A stretch of 42,312 nt of DNA from Planctomycetota bacterium (lineage in GTDB: Bacteria; Planctomycetota; UBA8108; UBA1146). Both the position numbers and the translations under genes were made by a program. A model generated the notes under the pieces. That model did not search any database, was not told the origin of the DNA, and worked only from the letters and a program-made list of their open reading frames with translations. The stretch lies in the NCBI GenBank assembly GCA_036338595.1, contig JAYZBV010000102.1:1-42312 (forward strand). The letters are read 5' to 3'. Within the stretch, counting starts at the first letter, position 1. Every line of letters starts with the position of its first letter. Shown one piece after another: positions 9,324-19,219 of this stretch.

Positions 9324-10615
9324 CTTTCTAACGCCGATTCAGTGTGGTCTTGCCGCAACAGGGACCGTGCGCAGCTCGATCCCGCAATGAAACCCGTTGT
9401 CCACGCCCACTGGAAGTTGAATCCGCCGATCCTTCCCTCGCAGTCGAGAATTTCCCCGGCGAGGTAAAGCCGATCGTGGATGCGAGATTGCATCGTCTGA
9501 TAGGCGATTTCATCGAGTGGGACTCCCCCCGCCGTCACCTCGGCAAGTGCCCACCCGCGATGCCCACAGATGGGTAGCAGATGCGAGGTCAACTCGGTGA
9601 CCAGTTGACGACGAGCCTCCTTCGTGAACTGCGCCATCTTGCAACCGAGATCGAGTCCAGCACGAGAGCCGATGAACTCCGCCACCCGGCGGGGGAGTTT
9701 TCCGGAGATCTGCTGGAGAATCGACCTGTTTGGCGTTTCCTGGGCGCCATCGATGAGCCAGCGGTCCACATCCTGCCTGGTATGGCCCGGCAGTAGATCG
9801 ACGTGCATCTGAGGTTCGTGACCCAGATCGTTGTGACGCACCCATGTGCGACTGATGTCCATCGCCGCAGGTCCACTGATGCCGGTGTGAGTCCAGAGCA
9901 TCTCTCCACCTGTGGCCTCGATGGTCTTGCCATCGACGTTGACCGACAGTCGAGCCGGATGGGAAATTCCAGAAAGGGACTGATGCCCGTGATCTTCCTG
10001 GATCAGTAGGGCGACGAGCGAGGGCCAGGTATCCGTCACGCTATGCCCGAGACTCTGGATCATCTTCCAGCCGTGGCCGTCGCTACCACTCTTGGGGAGA
10101 GACTTCCCGCCGGTGGCGGCGATGAGCCGTCGCGAGTGCAACTCTCCACCTGATCCGTTCAGCGTCCAGCCCTGATCATCTCCAATGATCGTCTCTACTC
10201 GCCACTTCTGCAGCAATTCGACGCCGAGGTCCTGGCAGCGTTGTAGCAGTGCGTCGAGGACGGTCCTCGCCTTGTTTGTAACCGGAAACAACTTTCCAGT
10301 TTCTTCCTGTTTCAGTTCGACACCGAGTGTGCGAAACCACTCCACGGTTTGGCGCTGATCAAAGGCGTTCAGGATGTTGCGAACGATGTTCTTCTTGCCG
10401 TGGAAGTCACCTGGCAAGACCTCATGGTGGGTGACATTACAGCGGCCACCACCCGAGACGAGGATCTTTGCACCCGGCTTCCGGGCTGTTTCCAGCAATA
10501 CGATCCGGAGAGTGCGATGAGGATCGTGCTCGGCAGCAAATATCGCTGCTGCCAGGCCTGCTGCTCCTGCGCCGATGATGACGATATCTGCATCGTCACG
10601 ACTGTCATCCATCAC
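9320..10615 (-). CDS. HI0933/YhiN (BaiN-like) NAD(P)/FAD-dependent oxidoreductase
   Basis: 'IIGAGAAGL', 'KILVSGGGRCNVT', 'ATGGKSLP..GSDG.G', 'VTAGGV', 'GE.LD..G.IGGFNFQWA'. Confidence 0.93.
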   Translation of the reverse strand: MMDDSRDDADIVIIGAGAAGLAAAIFAAEHDPHRTLRIVLLETARKPGAKILVSGGGRCNVTHHEVLPGDFHGKKNIVRNILNAFDQRQTVEWFRTLGVELKQEETGKLFPVTNKARTVLDALLQRCQDLGVELLQKWRVETIIGDDQGWTLNGSGGELHSRRLIAATGGKSLPKSGSDGHGWKMIQSLGHSVTDTWPSLVALLIQEDHGHQSLSGISHPARLSVNVDGKTIEATGGEMLWTHTGISGPAAMDISRTWVRHNDLGHEPQMHVDLLPGHTRQDVDRWLIDGAQETPNRSILQQISGKLPRRVAEFIGSRAGLDLGCKMAQFTKEARRQLVTELTSHLLPICGHRGWALAEVTAGGVPLDEIAYQTMQSRIHDRLYLAGEILDCEGRIGGFNFQWAWTTGFIAGSSCARSLLRQDHTESALES

Positions 10616-11004
10616 TCGCCGGCGTCCTGGATGCTTCTGGCGAGAGGCTCGAACTGCGACTCATCGAAATCACAGGGTGCCGGGATCGGGAAATCGCCCA
10701 TTTCATCCGTCGGGATCAGATGAACATGTACATGAGGAACCTCCCAACCGACCACGGAGATGACCACTCGTGAGCATCCTGTAGCGAGTCGCAGTTTTTT
10801 CTCCACCGTCCTCACCGCATTCCAGAGCGCAGAGTATTCCGAATCACTCATGTCGAAGAGGTAGGACACTTCTCGTTTGGGAATGACGAGGCAGTGGCCT
10901 GGCTGGAGCGGTCGAATGTCGAGAAATGCCAGGTGAAGATCGTCTTCCCACACCCTGTGACAGGGAATTTCCCCCTCGATGATGGAAGTGAAGATGGTCC
11001 CCAT
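10612..11004 (-). CDS. HIT family nucleotide hydrolase
   Basis: 'TIFTSIIEGEIP', 'AFLDIRP..PGHCLVIPK', histidine triad 'VPHVHVHLIP'. Confidence 0.93.
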   Translation of the reverse strand: MGTIFTSIIEGEIPCHRVWEDDLHLAFLDIRPLQPGHCLVIPKREVSYLFDMSDSEYSALWNAVRTVEKKLRLATGCSRVVISVVGWEVPHVHVHLIPTDEMGDFPIPAPCDFDESQFEPLARSIQDAGE

Positions 11005-11468
11005 CAGGATTGGTCCTTCCAGCCCTCATAGCGACAGATCGTTTCTCTGAAATTCTCGGGCACCTCGATCGGTTTGAAATCCTCATCGATGGCACAGTGG
11101 GTGGTGTGGCCGAGTGCCACGACTCTGTTCTCTTGCTTGTGGCGAATCTTGAATCCGAATGTGAACGAACTGGAACCGATCTCTCTGGTGCAGACATCGA
11201 TGCGAAGTAGGTCATGAAGTCTGGCCGGAGACTTGAAATCGAGGTGGGCGCTGACCACGACATTTTCAAAGTCACGGATGGGCCTACCACCCTCTGCAAG
11301 GTCGAGGTTGAGCAGGTAATCGACACGGCCCACTTCCAGAAAGGTGAAGTAGTTGCCGTGAAACACGATTCCCATGGCATCCGTCTCGGGGAGCCTGACC
11401 TTGACCTCGGTATTGAAGTGAAAGGTGTCGGCGGTGGAACTGACCGCTTCCTGGTCTGCTGGGTTCAA
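11004..11468 (-). CDS. Acyl-CoA thioesterase (YbgC/FadM, hot-dog fold)
   Basis: 'VRLPETDAMGIVFHGNYFTFLEVGR'. Start placed at the TTG after GGAGG rather than at 11630. Confidence 0.88.
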   Translation of the reverse strand: MNPADQEAVSSTADTFHFNTEVKVRLPETDAMGIVFHGNYFTFLEVGRVDYLLNLDLAEGGRPIRDFENVVVSAHLDFKSPARLHDLLRIDVCTREIGSSSFTFGFKIRHKQENRVVALGHTTHCAIDEDFKPIEVPENFRETICRYEGWKDQS

Positions 11469-11644
11469 TGGACCTCCGGTTTTCCTGACAGGGGCGCAAT
11501 CTGGACGTTTCCGATGCGAGACCAACCCGCTGGCAGCACCGCAACTCGCCCCGGTTGTCGCTCCATCTCCACCAGTCGTCAAGCCTGAGAGCCAACGATG
11601 GTGTAGTATCGTCTTGAAGTCCGTGGGCACCTGCAGGAGGTTCC

Positions 11645-12316
11645 TTGCCGAGCGAGTCCGAGGAAAACTATCTGAGGGCGCTGTGGAAACTCACCAGAGG
11701 GCCTGAGCAGTGGATAGCCACCGGGAAACTGGCAGATCGTGTCGGGGTGTCGCATCCTTCCGCAACACGAATGGCCGGTCGCCTCGGGGATCAGGGCTGG
11801 GTCGAGCATGAGCCGTATCGAGGAGTTCGTCTGACCGCCACCGGTAGAGAACTCGCCATCCAGACCGTCCGGCGCCATCGAATCCTCGAATCATACATCT
11901 CCACGATTCTCGGCGTTCCCTGGGATCAGGTCGATGCAGAGGTGGAACGCCTCGAGCATGCAGTCAGTGATGATCTGATCTGCAGGATGGAGGAGGCACT
12001 CGGATTTCCAGTTCGCGATCCACACGGTTCGCCGATTCCCGATCGGGATGGTCGCTTGCCGGCGACCGTCGAGGAAATCCCTCTCACGGAGGCACCCATC
12101 GCAGTGGCCCTCGAAGTGGTTCGAGTCATCGACGCTCAACCCGATGTGCTTCAATGGCTCGGCGAGCGAGGAGTGACTCCAGGGTCAAGGATTACCATCG
12201 AGGCGAGAGAACCTGGTGGTGGTCCGTTATTACTGATGTCGACCGGTACCGACCGTCCAGTGGCTCTCAGTGGAACACTGGCCAGCAGTATCGAGGTGAT
12301 CCAGGTCGAGAGTTAG
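11645..12316 (+). CDS. mntR: DtxR/MntR family metal-dependent repressor with C-terminal FeoA/SH3-like domain
   Basis: 'SEENYLRAL', HTH, 'PYRGVRLT..G...A....RRHRILE', 'EVERLEH', 'DPHGSPIP'. RBS AGGAGG. Confidence 0.9.
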   Translation: MPSESEENYLRALWKLTRGPEQWIATGKLADRVGVSHPSATRMAGRLGDQGWVEHEPYRGVRLTATGRELAIQTVRRHRILESYISTILGVPWDQVDAEVERLEHAVSDDLICRMEEALGFPVRDPHGSPIPDRDGRLPATVEEIPLTEAPIAVALEVVRVIDAQPDVLQWLGERGVTPGSRITIEAREPGGGPLLLMSTGTDRPVALSGTLASSIEVIQVES

Positions 12317-13581
12317 GATTCCTCGGAGTCCAATCCCGATTCAATTCGCCGGGTGAACTCATCATCCAGGTGATGTTCGATCCTGTGTGCCGGATCATCG
12401 AGATGGTCGGAAGCCAGGCCCAACCGCTCTGCGGCGAAGCGTCGCCACAGCCCACGCTTCTTCAGAAGCGCCCGGGCAATCCGCTTCCCTCTCCCCACGG
12501 GAACCCCATCTCTGAGGTAACCCCTGACCCCGAGCAGCACTCTTGAACTGCCTCGAAGAAGCCTCGCGGATAAGGGCAATGGAGCAGGGGGGAGGGCTTC
12601 ACTTGGCTCGGCTGCTTCGATGTTCCCCGTCTCATCGGTGCCTTCAGCGAGCAGATATGATTCTGCCAGGATGTCTTCCATCTCGACTCGAAGTGCCCAG
12701 ATGAGACGCCTCGCCGTTGCGGGGATCAGTCCCCTCGACGGAGCGAGCAGGATGGCGCCCATCAGCAACAGTCCAGAAGATGAAGCCATCATTCCGGGTA
12801 CGCCGGTATTGAATCGCTCAGCACCGATGGTGCCCAGAACAGCAGAGAGAATTCCTGCGAGAGTCGAGACGATCACCATCGTGCTCATCCTGTTACAGAG
12901 CAGGTGAGCGATGGTTGCGGGGACCGCGAGCATGGCGATCACCAGTATCGACCCTACAGCCTCGAAGCAGGCCACGGAGGTGATGGCGACCAGAATCAGA
13001 AGGCCTTGCTCCAGTTTTCTGAAGGGAAGTCTCGATGCCCGTGCGAGTTCGGGGTCAAAGGCACAGAGCTTCCACTCCTTCCAGAACAGCAGGGATGCAA
13101 TGATGTTGATCACAAATGCTCCCAGCACGGGTGTCAGCGACCGGGGAAGTGATTGTCCAAACCACTCGACCTGATGAATGGGTGCGAGTTCGACCATTCC
13201 GTAGAGAACACACCCGGGGTCGAGGTCAACATCACGAGCAAAGATCTCGACGAGGATGATACCGAGTGCAAACAAACTCGTGAAAACGACACCCAGAGCT
13301 GCACCGGCATCGACGCCAGCTCGATCCCGCAGCCATTCAGCGACGGTGGAAACGACAATTGCAGCGACCAGAGCCCCCACCATCATCGGCAGCAGATCCC
13401 TGGAACCACTGAGCACGAATCCGATGACAAGGCCTGGCAAGACTCCGTGAGCGATGGCATCTCCGAGCATCGCTTTTCGCCTGAGAACAAGTTGTGCACC
13501 GAGGATGCCACAGGCTCCTGCTGCGCAGGCTGCAACCGAGAGGATCTGCCAGCCGACCGGAGAGAGGATGCTATCGATCAT
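12313..13581 (-). CDS. Mn/Zn/Fe ABC transporter permease (TroD/MntD-like) with C-terminal DtxR-like tail
   Basis: ABC-3 motifs 'LGDAIAHGVLPG', 'DLDPGCVLYG', 'FDPELA', 'VGSILVIAML'. Soluble tail contains 'DDPAHRIEH'. Confidence 0.9.
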   Translation of the reverse strand: MIDSILSPVGWQILSVAACAAGACGILGAQLVLRRKAMLGDAIAHGVLPGLVIGFVLSGSRDLLPMMVGALVAAIVVSTVAEWLRDRAGVDAGAALGVVFTSLFALGIILVEIFARDVDLDPGCVLYGMVELAPIHQVEWFGQSLPRSLTPVLGAFVINIIASLLFWKEWKLCAFDPELARASRLPFRKLEQGLLILVAITSVACFEAVGSILVIAMLAVPATIAHLLCNRMSTMVIVSTLAGILSAVLGTIGAERFNTGVPGMMASSSGLLLMGAILLAPSRGLIPATARRLIWALRVEMEDILAESYLLAEGTDETGNIEAAEPSEALPPAPLPLSARLLRGSSRVLLGVRGYLRDGVPVGRGKRIARALLKKRGLWRRFAAERLGLASDHLDDPAHRIEHHLDDEFTRRIESGLDSEES

Positions 13582-14798
13582 GGCATCTCTCGATCATCGA
13601 TGGATCGCTGGAGAGTTTCGATCAACTCTGGCGACAGTATCTTTTCAATCTCGACCTCGTCGAGGTCGATGAGGTCCCTGTCGATCGACGCCTCCGAGGT
13701 GAGCCACTCGCGCCAGATCTCCAGAGCCTTGCGAGCTCGTGTGGCCCGGATATGGCCAGTTTCTGTGAGACTGATCAGATCCCCTTCACGGCGTACCCAG
13801 CCACTCTGGACAGAATGCTCGAGGGATCTGAGATCGATGCTGGAGGCACTCCCAGGAATCTGGTCGATGGCGATCTGCATCTGTCCCTGGAGTTGCGCTT
13901 CGAGAATTGCGTCGAGGAGGTGACGAATCGTACGCTTGCGGCTGCGAGACCGCGCCAGTAGATGACGGCTCAGCAGCCCCCGTCTCGGTGCTAGAAGAAG
14001 TGAACCAACGAAGAAACCGGTAGCACTGAGGACGATGACGGGGCCAGCTGGAAGATCCGGGTGTGAAGTGCTGATCAGGGTGCCGAGGATTCCAGATCCA
14101 GCGCCCAGTAGCGCAGAGATTCGCAGCAACGGATCGAAGCGATCGGTCCAGAATCGAGCAGACGCTGCCGGGATCACGACAAGTGCTGCAGTCAGGACCA
14201 CGCCCACTGCTGGGAGTGCAATCACGATGGTCGCTGCCAGCAGGGATGTCTGCAGCAGGTCGATCGACCTGGTGGGTATTCTGGAAGATGTGCCGAAGCG
14301 GGGATCGAAGCAACTGACCAGCAGTTCCTTGCGCAACAAGAAGACGATCAAACTCATCACGATGGCTGCACAGCCGAAGGTGATCGCCTCGGATCGGAGC
14401 ATGCCAGCAGTTCTTCCCAGTAGCAGTCCATCGAGCCCTGCAGCGGACCCCCCGCTCCCGGAGCGCTGGATCAGGCCGACCAGTGCAATCCCTGCTCCAA
14501 ACATCACGCCCAGCACACACGCTGTTGCTGCGTCCTTTCGGATTCGAGAGACTCGGGGTAACCAGGCGACGAGCGCTGCGGCCACCAATGCGCTGACGAG
14601 GGCTCCGGCGCCGAGAGCGAGTACCGAGCGGCTGTTTGCCAGCAGAAAGGCGATACAGATCCCCGGCAAGGTCGAGTGTGCGATCGCATCTGCCAGCAAT
14701 GCTCGCCTTCGCAGCAGCATCAGGGCCCCGATGATGCCACAACAGGTGCCCAGCGCAGTGGTCCCCAGCAAGATCACCAGGGTGTTGGGGGAGATCAT
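13578..14798 (-). CDS. Mn/Zn/Fe ABC transporter permease (TroC/MntC-like) with C-terminal DtxR-like tail
   Basis: '[13 protein letters not shown]', '[10 protein letters not shown]', '[22 protein letters not shown]'. Tail contains 'LTETGHIRA...IWREWL'. Confidence 0.9.
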   Translation of the reverse strand: MISPNTLVILLGTTALGTCCGIIGALMLLRRRALLADAIAHSTLPGICIAFLLANSRSVLALGAGALVSALVAAALVAWLPRVSRIRKDAATACVLGVMFGAGIALVGLIQRSGSGGSAAGLDGLLLGRTAGMLRSEAITFGCAAIVMSLIVFLLRKELLVSCFDPRFGTSSRIPTRSIDLLQTSLLAATIVIALPAVGVVLTAALVVIPAASARFWTDRFDPLLRISALLGAGSGILGTLISTSHPDLPAGPVIVLSATGFFVGSLLLAPRRGLLSRHLLARSRSRKRTIRHLLDAILEAQLQGQMQIAIDQIPGSASSIDLRSLEHSVQSGWVRREGDLISLTETGHIRATRARKALEIWREWLTSEASIDRDLIDLDEVEIEKILSPELIETLQRSIDDREMP

Positions 14799-15586
14799 TC
14801 CAGGTCCCTGCCGATGCGAGTCCTGCCGGTTCGGATGCGTCGGACAGCCTCGGCAGCTTCATCGAGAAGTGTCAGGCGGCCTCCGTAGGTTCGCATCAGG
14901 TTTTCTCTGGTGAAGGTCTCCGAGGTGGGGCCAGCAGCGACCAGGCGCAGGTTCAATAGCAGGACATGGTCGAAGAACTGTTCGATGGTCTGTAGATCAT
15001 GGTGGACCAGCACAACAGTTCGACCTTTTTTCTTCAGGTCCTCGAGCACAGTGCGGATCGCCTCCTCGGTTGCGGCATCGACACCGGCAAATGGCTCGTC
15101 CATCAGGATCAGTTGTGAGTCCTGAGCCAGTGCTCTGGCGATGAACACTCGCTGCTGCTGGCCACCGGAGAGTTCTCCGACCTGCCTGTGTCGCAGGTCG
15201 GTCATCCCCACCGATTCCAGGCACTCCATCGCCCAGTCTCGCTGAGCCTTGCCAGGTCTGCGGAACCAGCCGAGCTGGCTGTATGTTCCCATCAACACCA
15301 CGTCGAGGACTTCGACCGGAAAATCCCAATCGACACTCTCGCGCTGGGGCACGAAGCCGATCAACTCTTCAGATCGGTCCAGCGGTTTGTCGAAGATCTT
15401 CAACCAGCCGCTCGCGGGGCGAATGGTACCGAGGATTGCGGAGAGCAACGTGCTCTTGCCGGCACCATTGGGACCTACGATGGCACAGAGCGATCCGACT
15501 GGAATCACCGCATCGATGTCCCAAAGCACGGGTTTTTCCCGGTAGGCGACCGTCAGGTCGTGAATCTCGATGGCGGGGCGCGTCAT
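14795..15586 (-). CDS. Metal ABC transporter ATP-binding protein (TroB/MntB)
   Basis: Walker [10 protein letters not shown], '[12 protein letters not shown]', LSGGQQQR, Walker B LMDEPF. Confidence 0.95.
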   Translation of the reverse strand: MTRPAIEIHDLTVAYREKPVLWDIDAVIPVGSLCAIVGPNGAGKSTLLSAILGTIRPASGWLKIFDKPLDRSEELIGFVPQRESVDWDFPVEVLDVVLMGTYSQLGWFRRPGKAQRDWAMECLESVGMTDLRHRQVGELSGGQQQRVFIARALAQDSQLILMDEPFAGVDAATEEAIRTVLEDLKKKGRTVVLVHHDLQTIEQFFDHVLLLNLRLVAAGPTSETFTRENLMRTYGGRLTLLDEAAEAVRRIRTGRTRIGRDLE

Positions 15587-16509
15587 CGAAGCGCCTCGGA
15601 GATCACCCGTGCGTCGTGAAGCACCATGTCACGCCACCTCGCTGCTCCAGACCCGGCTGGTCCCGGTGCATCACTGTAGAGCACTCCGCCGATTTCAAGC
15701 GAATGGCCCAGCGATGAGCAGCCCTCGATCAAGGCTCTGATATTGCGTTCCGGGACCGTCGATTCGACGAAGACGGCAGGTACACTCCGCTCGCTGAGAG
15801 TGGCGACGAGTGTGTTGACTCGATCGATGGATGCCTCGGATTCAGTACTGATGCCCTGGATTCCCATCACCTCGAGACGGTAGCGCCTACCGAAATAGCC
15901 GAAGGCATCATGTGCAGTCACAAGGATTCTTCGCTTCTCTGGAATCTTGGCCAGCATCTGCATCACCTGCTCATCGAGCAGTACCAGTTCTTCGTCGAGA
16001 TGATCTGCAGCGGATCTGAAATAATCCCGGTGATCAGGGTCGAGTTCGGAGAGTACGAGTTCCATCTGCTCGATCACATCTTGCCAGAGAGAGATGTCCA
16101 TCCAGAGATGCGGATCAATCGTTCCTGCAGAGGATCGGATCAGCCGCTGGTCATCGATTCGCTCGCAGATGGCAATGAAACGACGGTTCGCTACTTCGCG
16201 ATGTTCGCCACCGTGACCCCCCAGAATCTGACCCATCCTGCCTTCGAGGTGGTGGCCATGAAACAACACGAGATCGGCATCGAGGATCCGCTGAACATCG
16301 CCTGGAGACGGCTTGTACAGATGAGGATCGACTCCGGCGCCCATCAGCGAGGTGACATCTGCGTGTGGACCACAGAGTGTGCGCATCGGTCCGGCCAGCA
16401 TCTCGGTGGTGCAGAGAATCTGGACCGCGGTCTTCGGCGAGAGAGTGCCGGGAGACTCGCAGCCGAAACCGAGCATCAGGAGTAGAAGCGAGCAGGTGAA
16501 GGTACGCAT
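15583..16509 (-). CDS. Metal ABC transporter substrate-binding lipoprotein (TroA/MntA)
   Basis: Lipobox-like 'LLMLGFGC' and His3-Asp site motifs 'VDPHLY', 'DPHLW', 'TAHDAFGYF', 'LYSDA'. Confidence 0.93.
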   Translation of the reverse strand: MRTFTCSLLLLMLGFGCESPGTLSPKTAVQILCTTEMLAGPMRTLCGPHADVTSLMGAGVDPHLYKPSPGDVQRILDADLVLFHGHHLEGRMGQILGGHGGEHREVANRRFIAICERIDDQRLIRSSAGTIDPHLWMDISLWQDVIEQMELVLSELDPDHRDYFRSAADHLDEELVLLDEQVMQMLAKIPEKRRILVTAHDAFGYFGRRYRLEVMGIQGISTESEASIDRVNTLVATLSERSVPAVFVESTVPERNIRALIEGCSSLGHSLEIGGVLYSDAPGPAGSGAARWRDMVLHDARVISEALR

Positions 16510-16559
16510 ACCCCAATTCTGTCGCCGGGAGTGGACGCAGGCAACGATATTTTTATCTC

Positions 16560-16588
16560 AGTATAAGAAAATCTTTAGCCCACGCTAA
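16560..16588 (-). promoter_or_regulatory. troA promoter (-35 TTAGCG, 17 nt, -10 TATACT) overlapped by a DtxR/MntR-type operator TTAGC-CCAC-GCTAA (16575-16588)
   Basis: Read directly from the sequence. The 14-bp palindrome resembles DtxR/SirR-type TTAG-N6-CTAA boxes and covers the -35. Confidence 0.65.
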
Positions 16589-16714
16589 TACTGAGTTCTC
16601 ACCATGCTGTCATGCCTAACTGAACTCTTTATTCCTTCGGAACTATCGCTAGAATGAACATCTGGAGCCTTATTCGAAGCGATTTATTCAACAAGACCGA
16701 TAAGGGGCAATCCC

Positions 16715-18334
16715 TTGATCAGATCATCTGGACTCGAGACGTCGCTGTTGCGAGGCGTCTGGACGCTGTTATTGCTTTCTGCAGGCCCGGGCCTGCTGGC
16801 AGTGGATATTCTCGTTCCCGCCGATGTACCGACCATCTCAGGAGCCATCTCGATCGCCGTCGATGGCGATCAGATCCTCGTTTCTCCGGGTACCTGGAAC
16901 GAGGCGATCGATCTCGATGGCAAGGAAATCGTGATCCGGTCTCAAGATGGTCCAGCTGTGACCATCATCTCCGGCACTCTCGATAATCCGGTGGTTCGCA
17001 TCAACTCGGGCGAAACGGAACTCACCGGCCTCGAAGGATTCACGATTCGCGGTGGTGGAGGGATCCTGCTCAATGGAGTTCGCAAGGGCGGTGGCATCTA
17101 TATCAACGATGCGTCACCTCGAATCACCAATTGCATCATCGAGGAGAACCAGGCGACGGTCGGTGCTGGCATCGCCATCGATGGGGGTAACACCAGTACC
17201 CTTGTTCTCGAACAAGTCGTGATCAGGATGAATACAGCGCTCGACTCTGGCGGTGGGCTTGCGATCACCGGATCAGCGACGGGAATCTCGATGACGGAAT
17301 GCACGCTGGAGCAAAATCATGCAAACATCGTTGCGGGAGGACTCTACTGCGAGGCTTCCAGCATCGAGCTCCAATCGTGTTTGATTCTCGACAACACCTC
17401 AGACCTCCTGGGCGGTGGCATCTGGCTTTACAGTCAATCCGATTGCATCTTTCAGGATTGTGAAATCGCCGGCAACACGACCGTGGTTACGGGTGGAGGT
17501 CTGATCGTCTCCGACTTATCGAGGGTGACACTCGATCACTGCCTGGTGCGCAACAACATCGGCGGAACCAGCGGTGGTGGCATGTTGATCGACTCTGGCG
17601 ATTCGGGAGAGACTCAGGTCATCCGGTTCTGTGTCTTTCTGGGCAACTCCGCGGTCTCCAGCGGTGCCAATCTTGGAGTCAGTGTCAACCAGGCTGATAT
17701 TTACCTCGAGAGGTGCACCTTCGGGCCTCCAGCGGCGAATTCACCGCTGAATGTCACCATCAATAACAACAATCCGGAGGTCGTCGTATTCGATTCCTGC
17801 ATCGTGGTCGGAGGATCGTTACAGGCGATCCAGGCCCAACCAGGTTCCACGATCGCTTTCTACAGTTGCATCGAGGGCCTCGCAAATTCAGGAGTGACCC
17901 CGATCGCATGCATCGATGAAGACCCACTCTTCATCGATCTTGCCGCCGGCAATCTTGGACTCGGAGTGGGATCTGACTGTATCGATACCGGCAACCCCAT
18001 GCTTCCTGCAGATGAAGACGGGTCACCTGCTGATATGGGCGCACTGGGGCCGGATGGCGTCGGCTATTTCCGTCGTGGCGATGCAGATGCCAGCTCTACT
18101 GCAAATCTGGCCGACGCCGTGCAGATCCTCGCGATGCTCTTCATCCCCGGGAGCAATGTGGTCGGTTGTGCGGATGCGGCAGATTGCAATGACGATGGAG
18201 TTCTCAACATCACCGACGCTGTGCTGCTGCTCGACAACCTGTTTGTCACGGGAATTCCCTTGCCGGATCCCGTCAATGACTGCGGTGGGGACCCCACTCC
18301 GGATTCTCTGGACTGCAGCAGCGTCTGCCCCTGA
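16715..18334 (+). CDS. Secreted right-handed parallel beta-helix repeat protein with C-terminal dockerin-like module
   Basis: Signal peptide, 'VPADVPTISGAI..A.DGD.I.V.PGTW.E.I', repeated 'N.A..GGG(I/L)' beta-helix turns, 'CIDTGNP', and 'FRRGDAD...CP'. Confidence 0.8.
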   Translation: MIRSSGLETSLLRGVWTLLLLSAGPGLLAVDILVPADVPTISGAISIAVDGDQILVSPGTWNEAIDLDGKEIVIRSQDGPAVTIISGTLDNPVVRINSGETELTGLEGFTIRGGGGILLNGVRKGGGIYINDASPRITNCIIEENQATVGAGIAIDGGNTSTLVLEQVVIRMNTALDSGGGLAITGSATGISMTECTLEQNHANIVAGGLYCEASSIELQSCLILDNTSDLLGGGIWLYSQSDCIFQDCEIAGNTTVVTGGGLIVSDLSRVTLDHCLVRNNIGGTSGGGMLIDSGDSGETQVIRFCVFLGNSAVSSGANLGVSVNQADIYLERCTFGPPAANSPLNVTINNNNPEVVVFDSCIVVGGSLQAIQAQPGSTIAFYSCIEGLANSGVTPIACIDEDPLFIDLAAGNLGLGVGSDCIDTGNPMLPADEDGSPADMGALGPDGVGYFRRGDADASSTANLADAVQILAMLFIPGSNVVGCADAADCNDDGVLNITDAVLLLDNLFVTGIPLPDPVNDCGGDPTPDSLDCSSVCP

Positions 18335-18341
18335 GGGTCGT

Positions 18342-18839
18342 TCAGGAAAGTTGTTTGAACCCGTCGGGCACGTCGCCAAGCAATCGAACCGACTCCCCGA
18401 TGGTCAGCATCGAACCGGGGAACCTCCACCCCGAAGCGATGGAGGCAGCCGGAACCGCTGCGTGGTGAAGAGAGTTCAGAGCAGGATCTAGCGGCCAGTC
18501 TCCGATGATTCTCTGCTCCCGATCAGCCGCAGCGAGGATATCCAGATCGATCGTACGGGGTGAATTGGGAACATCGGTGCGAAGCCTGCCGAGTGAACTC
18601 TCTATCACTCGTAACTGCTGGCGAAGTTGATCGGATTGTATTCGAGAGCAGATGATCACTGCCTGGTTGAGATAGTCCGCAGTGCCGGGAGCGTCGATCG
18701 GTGGCGTCTGAAAAATAGGAGAGTGGGCGACCACACTCATCTGGTCCATCAATCTGCCCAGCGCAGCATCCATGTGATGATCGGGGCGGATGTTGGATCC
18801 CAGCAGCAGTAGTACCTGGACAGGCAGCGAGTGCATCAA
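18342..18839 (-). CDS. folK: 2-amino-4-hydroxy-6-hydroxymethyldihydropteridine diphosphokinase
   Basis: 'LLLGSNI', 'SPIFQTPP', 'YLNQAV', 'IESSLGR', 'PRTIDLDIL'. Confidence 0.88.
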   Translation of the reverse strand: MMHSLPVQVLLLLGSNIRPDHHMDAALGRLMDQMSVVAHSPIFQTPPIDAPGTADYLNQAVIICSRIQSDQLRQQLRVIESSLGRLRTDVPNSPRTIDLDILAAADREQRIIGDWPLDPALNSLHHAAVPAASIASGWRFPGSMLTIGESVRLLGDVPDGFKQLS

Positions 18840-19219
18840 GATCGTGTCCGCAGGATCTCAACGCCAACACTGCTCGAATGTCGAAGTGCACCTGGTTTTT
18901 CTATTTTGACCAGCACCGCCTCGATGGCCCTGTTTTCCAGTACCAGTGTGGAGACTTCCTCGACGAGGCGTTCGAGCAGCAGGCAATTGGATGCGGCGAC
19001 ATGATCGATGATCTGCTTCGTGAGGTGTCGGTAATCGATGGCATCCTCGATCCGGTCGCTGCTGGCTGCATCCCGAGTATCGGTCCACAGGGTGATATTG
19101 ATCTTCACTTCCTGACAGCGATCCCTCTCGCGATCGAAGATCCCGATGATGGTCCGGACGGTGAGATCCTCGATCATGATCCGGTCCAGGGATTGGAGGT
19201 GTGTTGGAAATTCGATCAT
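18836..19219 (-). CDS. folB: Dihydroneopterin aldolase / FolB-FolX family protein
   Basis: 'DRIMIEDLTVRTIIG...ER...Q', 'IDYR', 'LLERL', 'EKPGALR..SVGVEI.R'. Confidence 0.8.
   Translation of the reverse strand: MIEFPTHLQSLDRIMIEDLTVRTIIGIFDRERDRCQEVKINITLWTDTRDAASSDRIEDAIDYRHLTKQIIDHVAASNCLLLERLVEEVSTLVLENRAIEAVLVKIEKPGALRHSSSVGVEILRTRS

Noticed and set aside
13786..14913. Long alternative-frame ORFs (358 aa and 292 aa), and similar ones at 36905-37957, 31991-32821 and 28689-29534
   Set aside because: They overlap clearly identified genes and have no motifs. Such ORFs are expected in GC-rich DNA.
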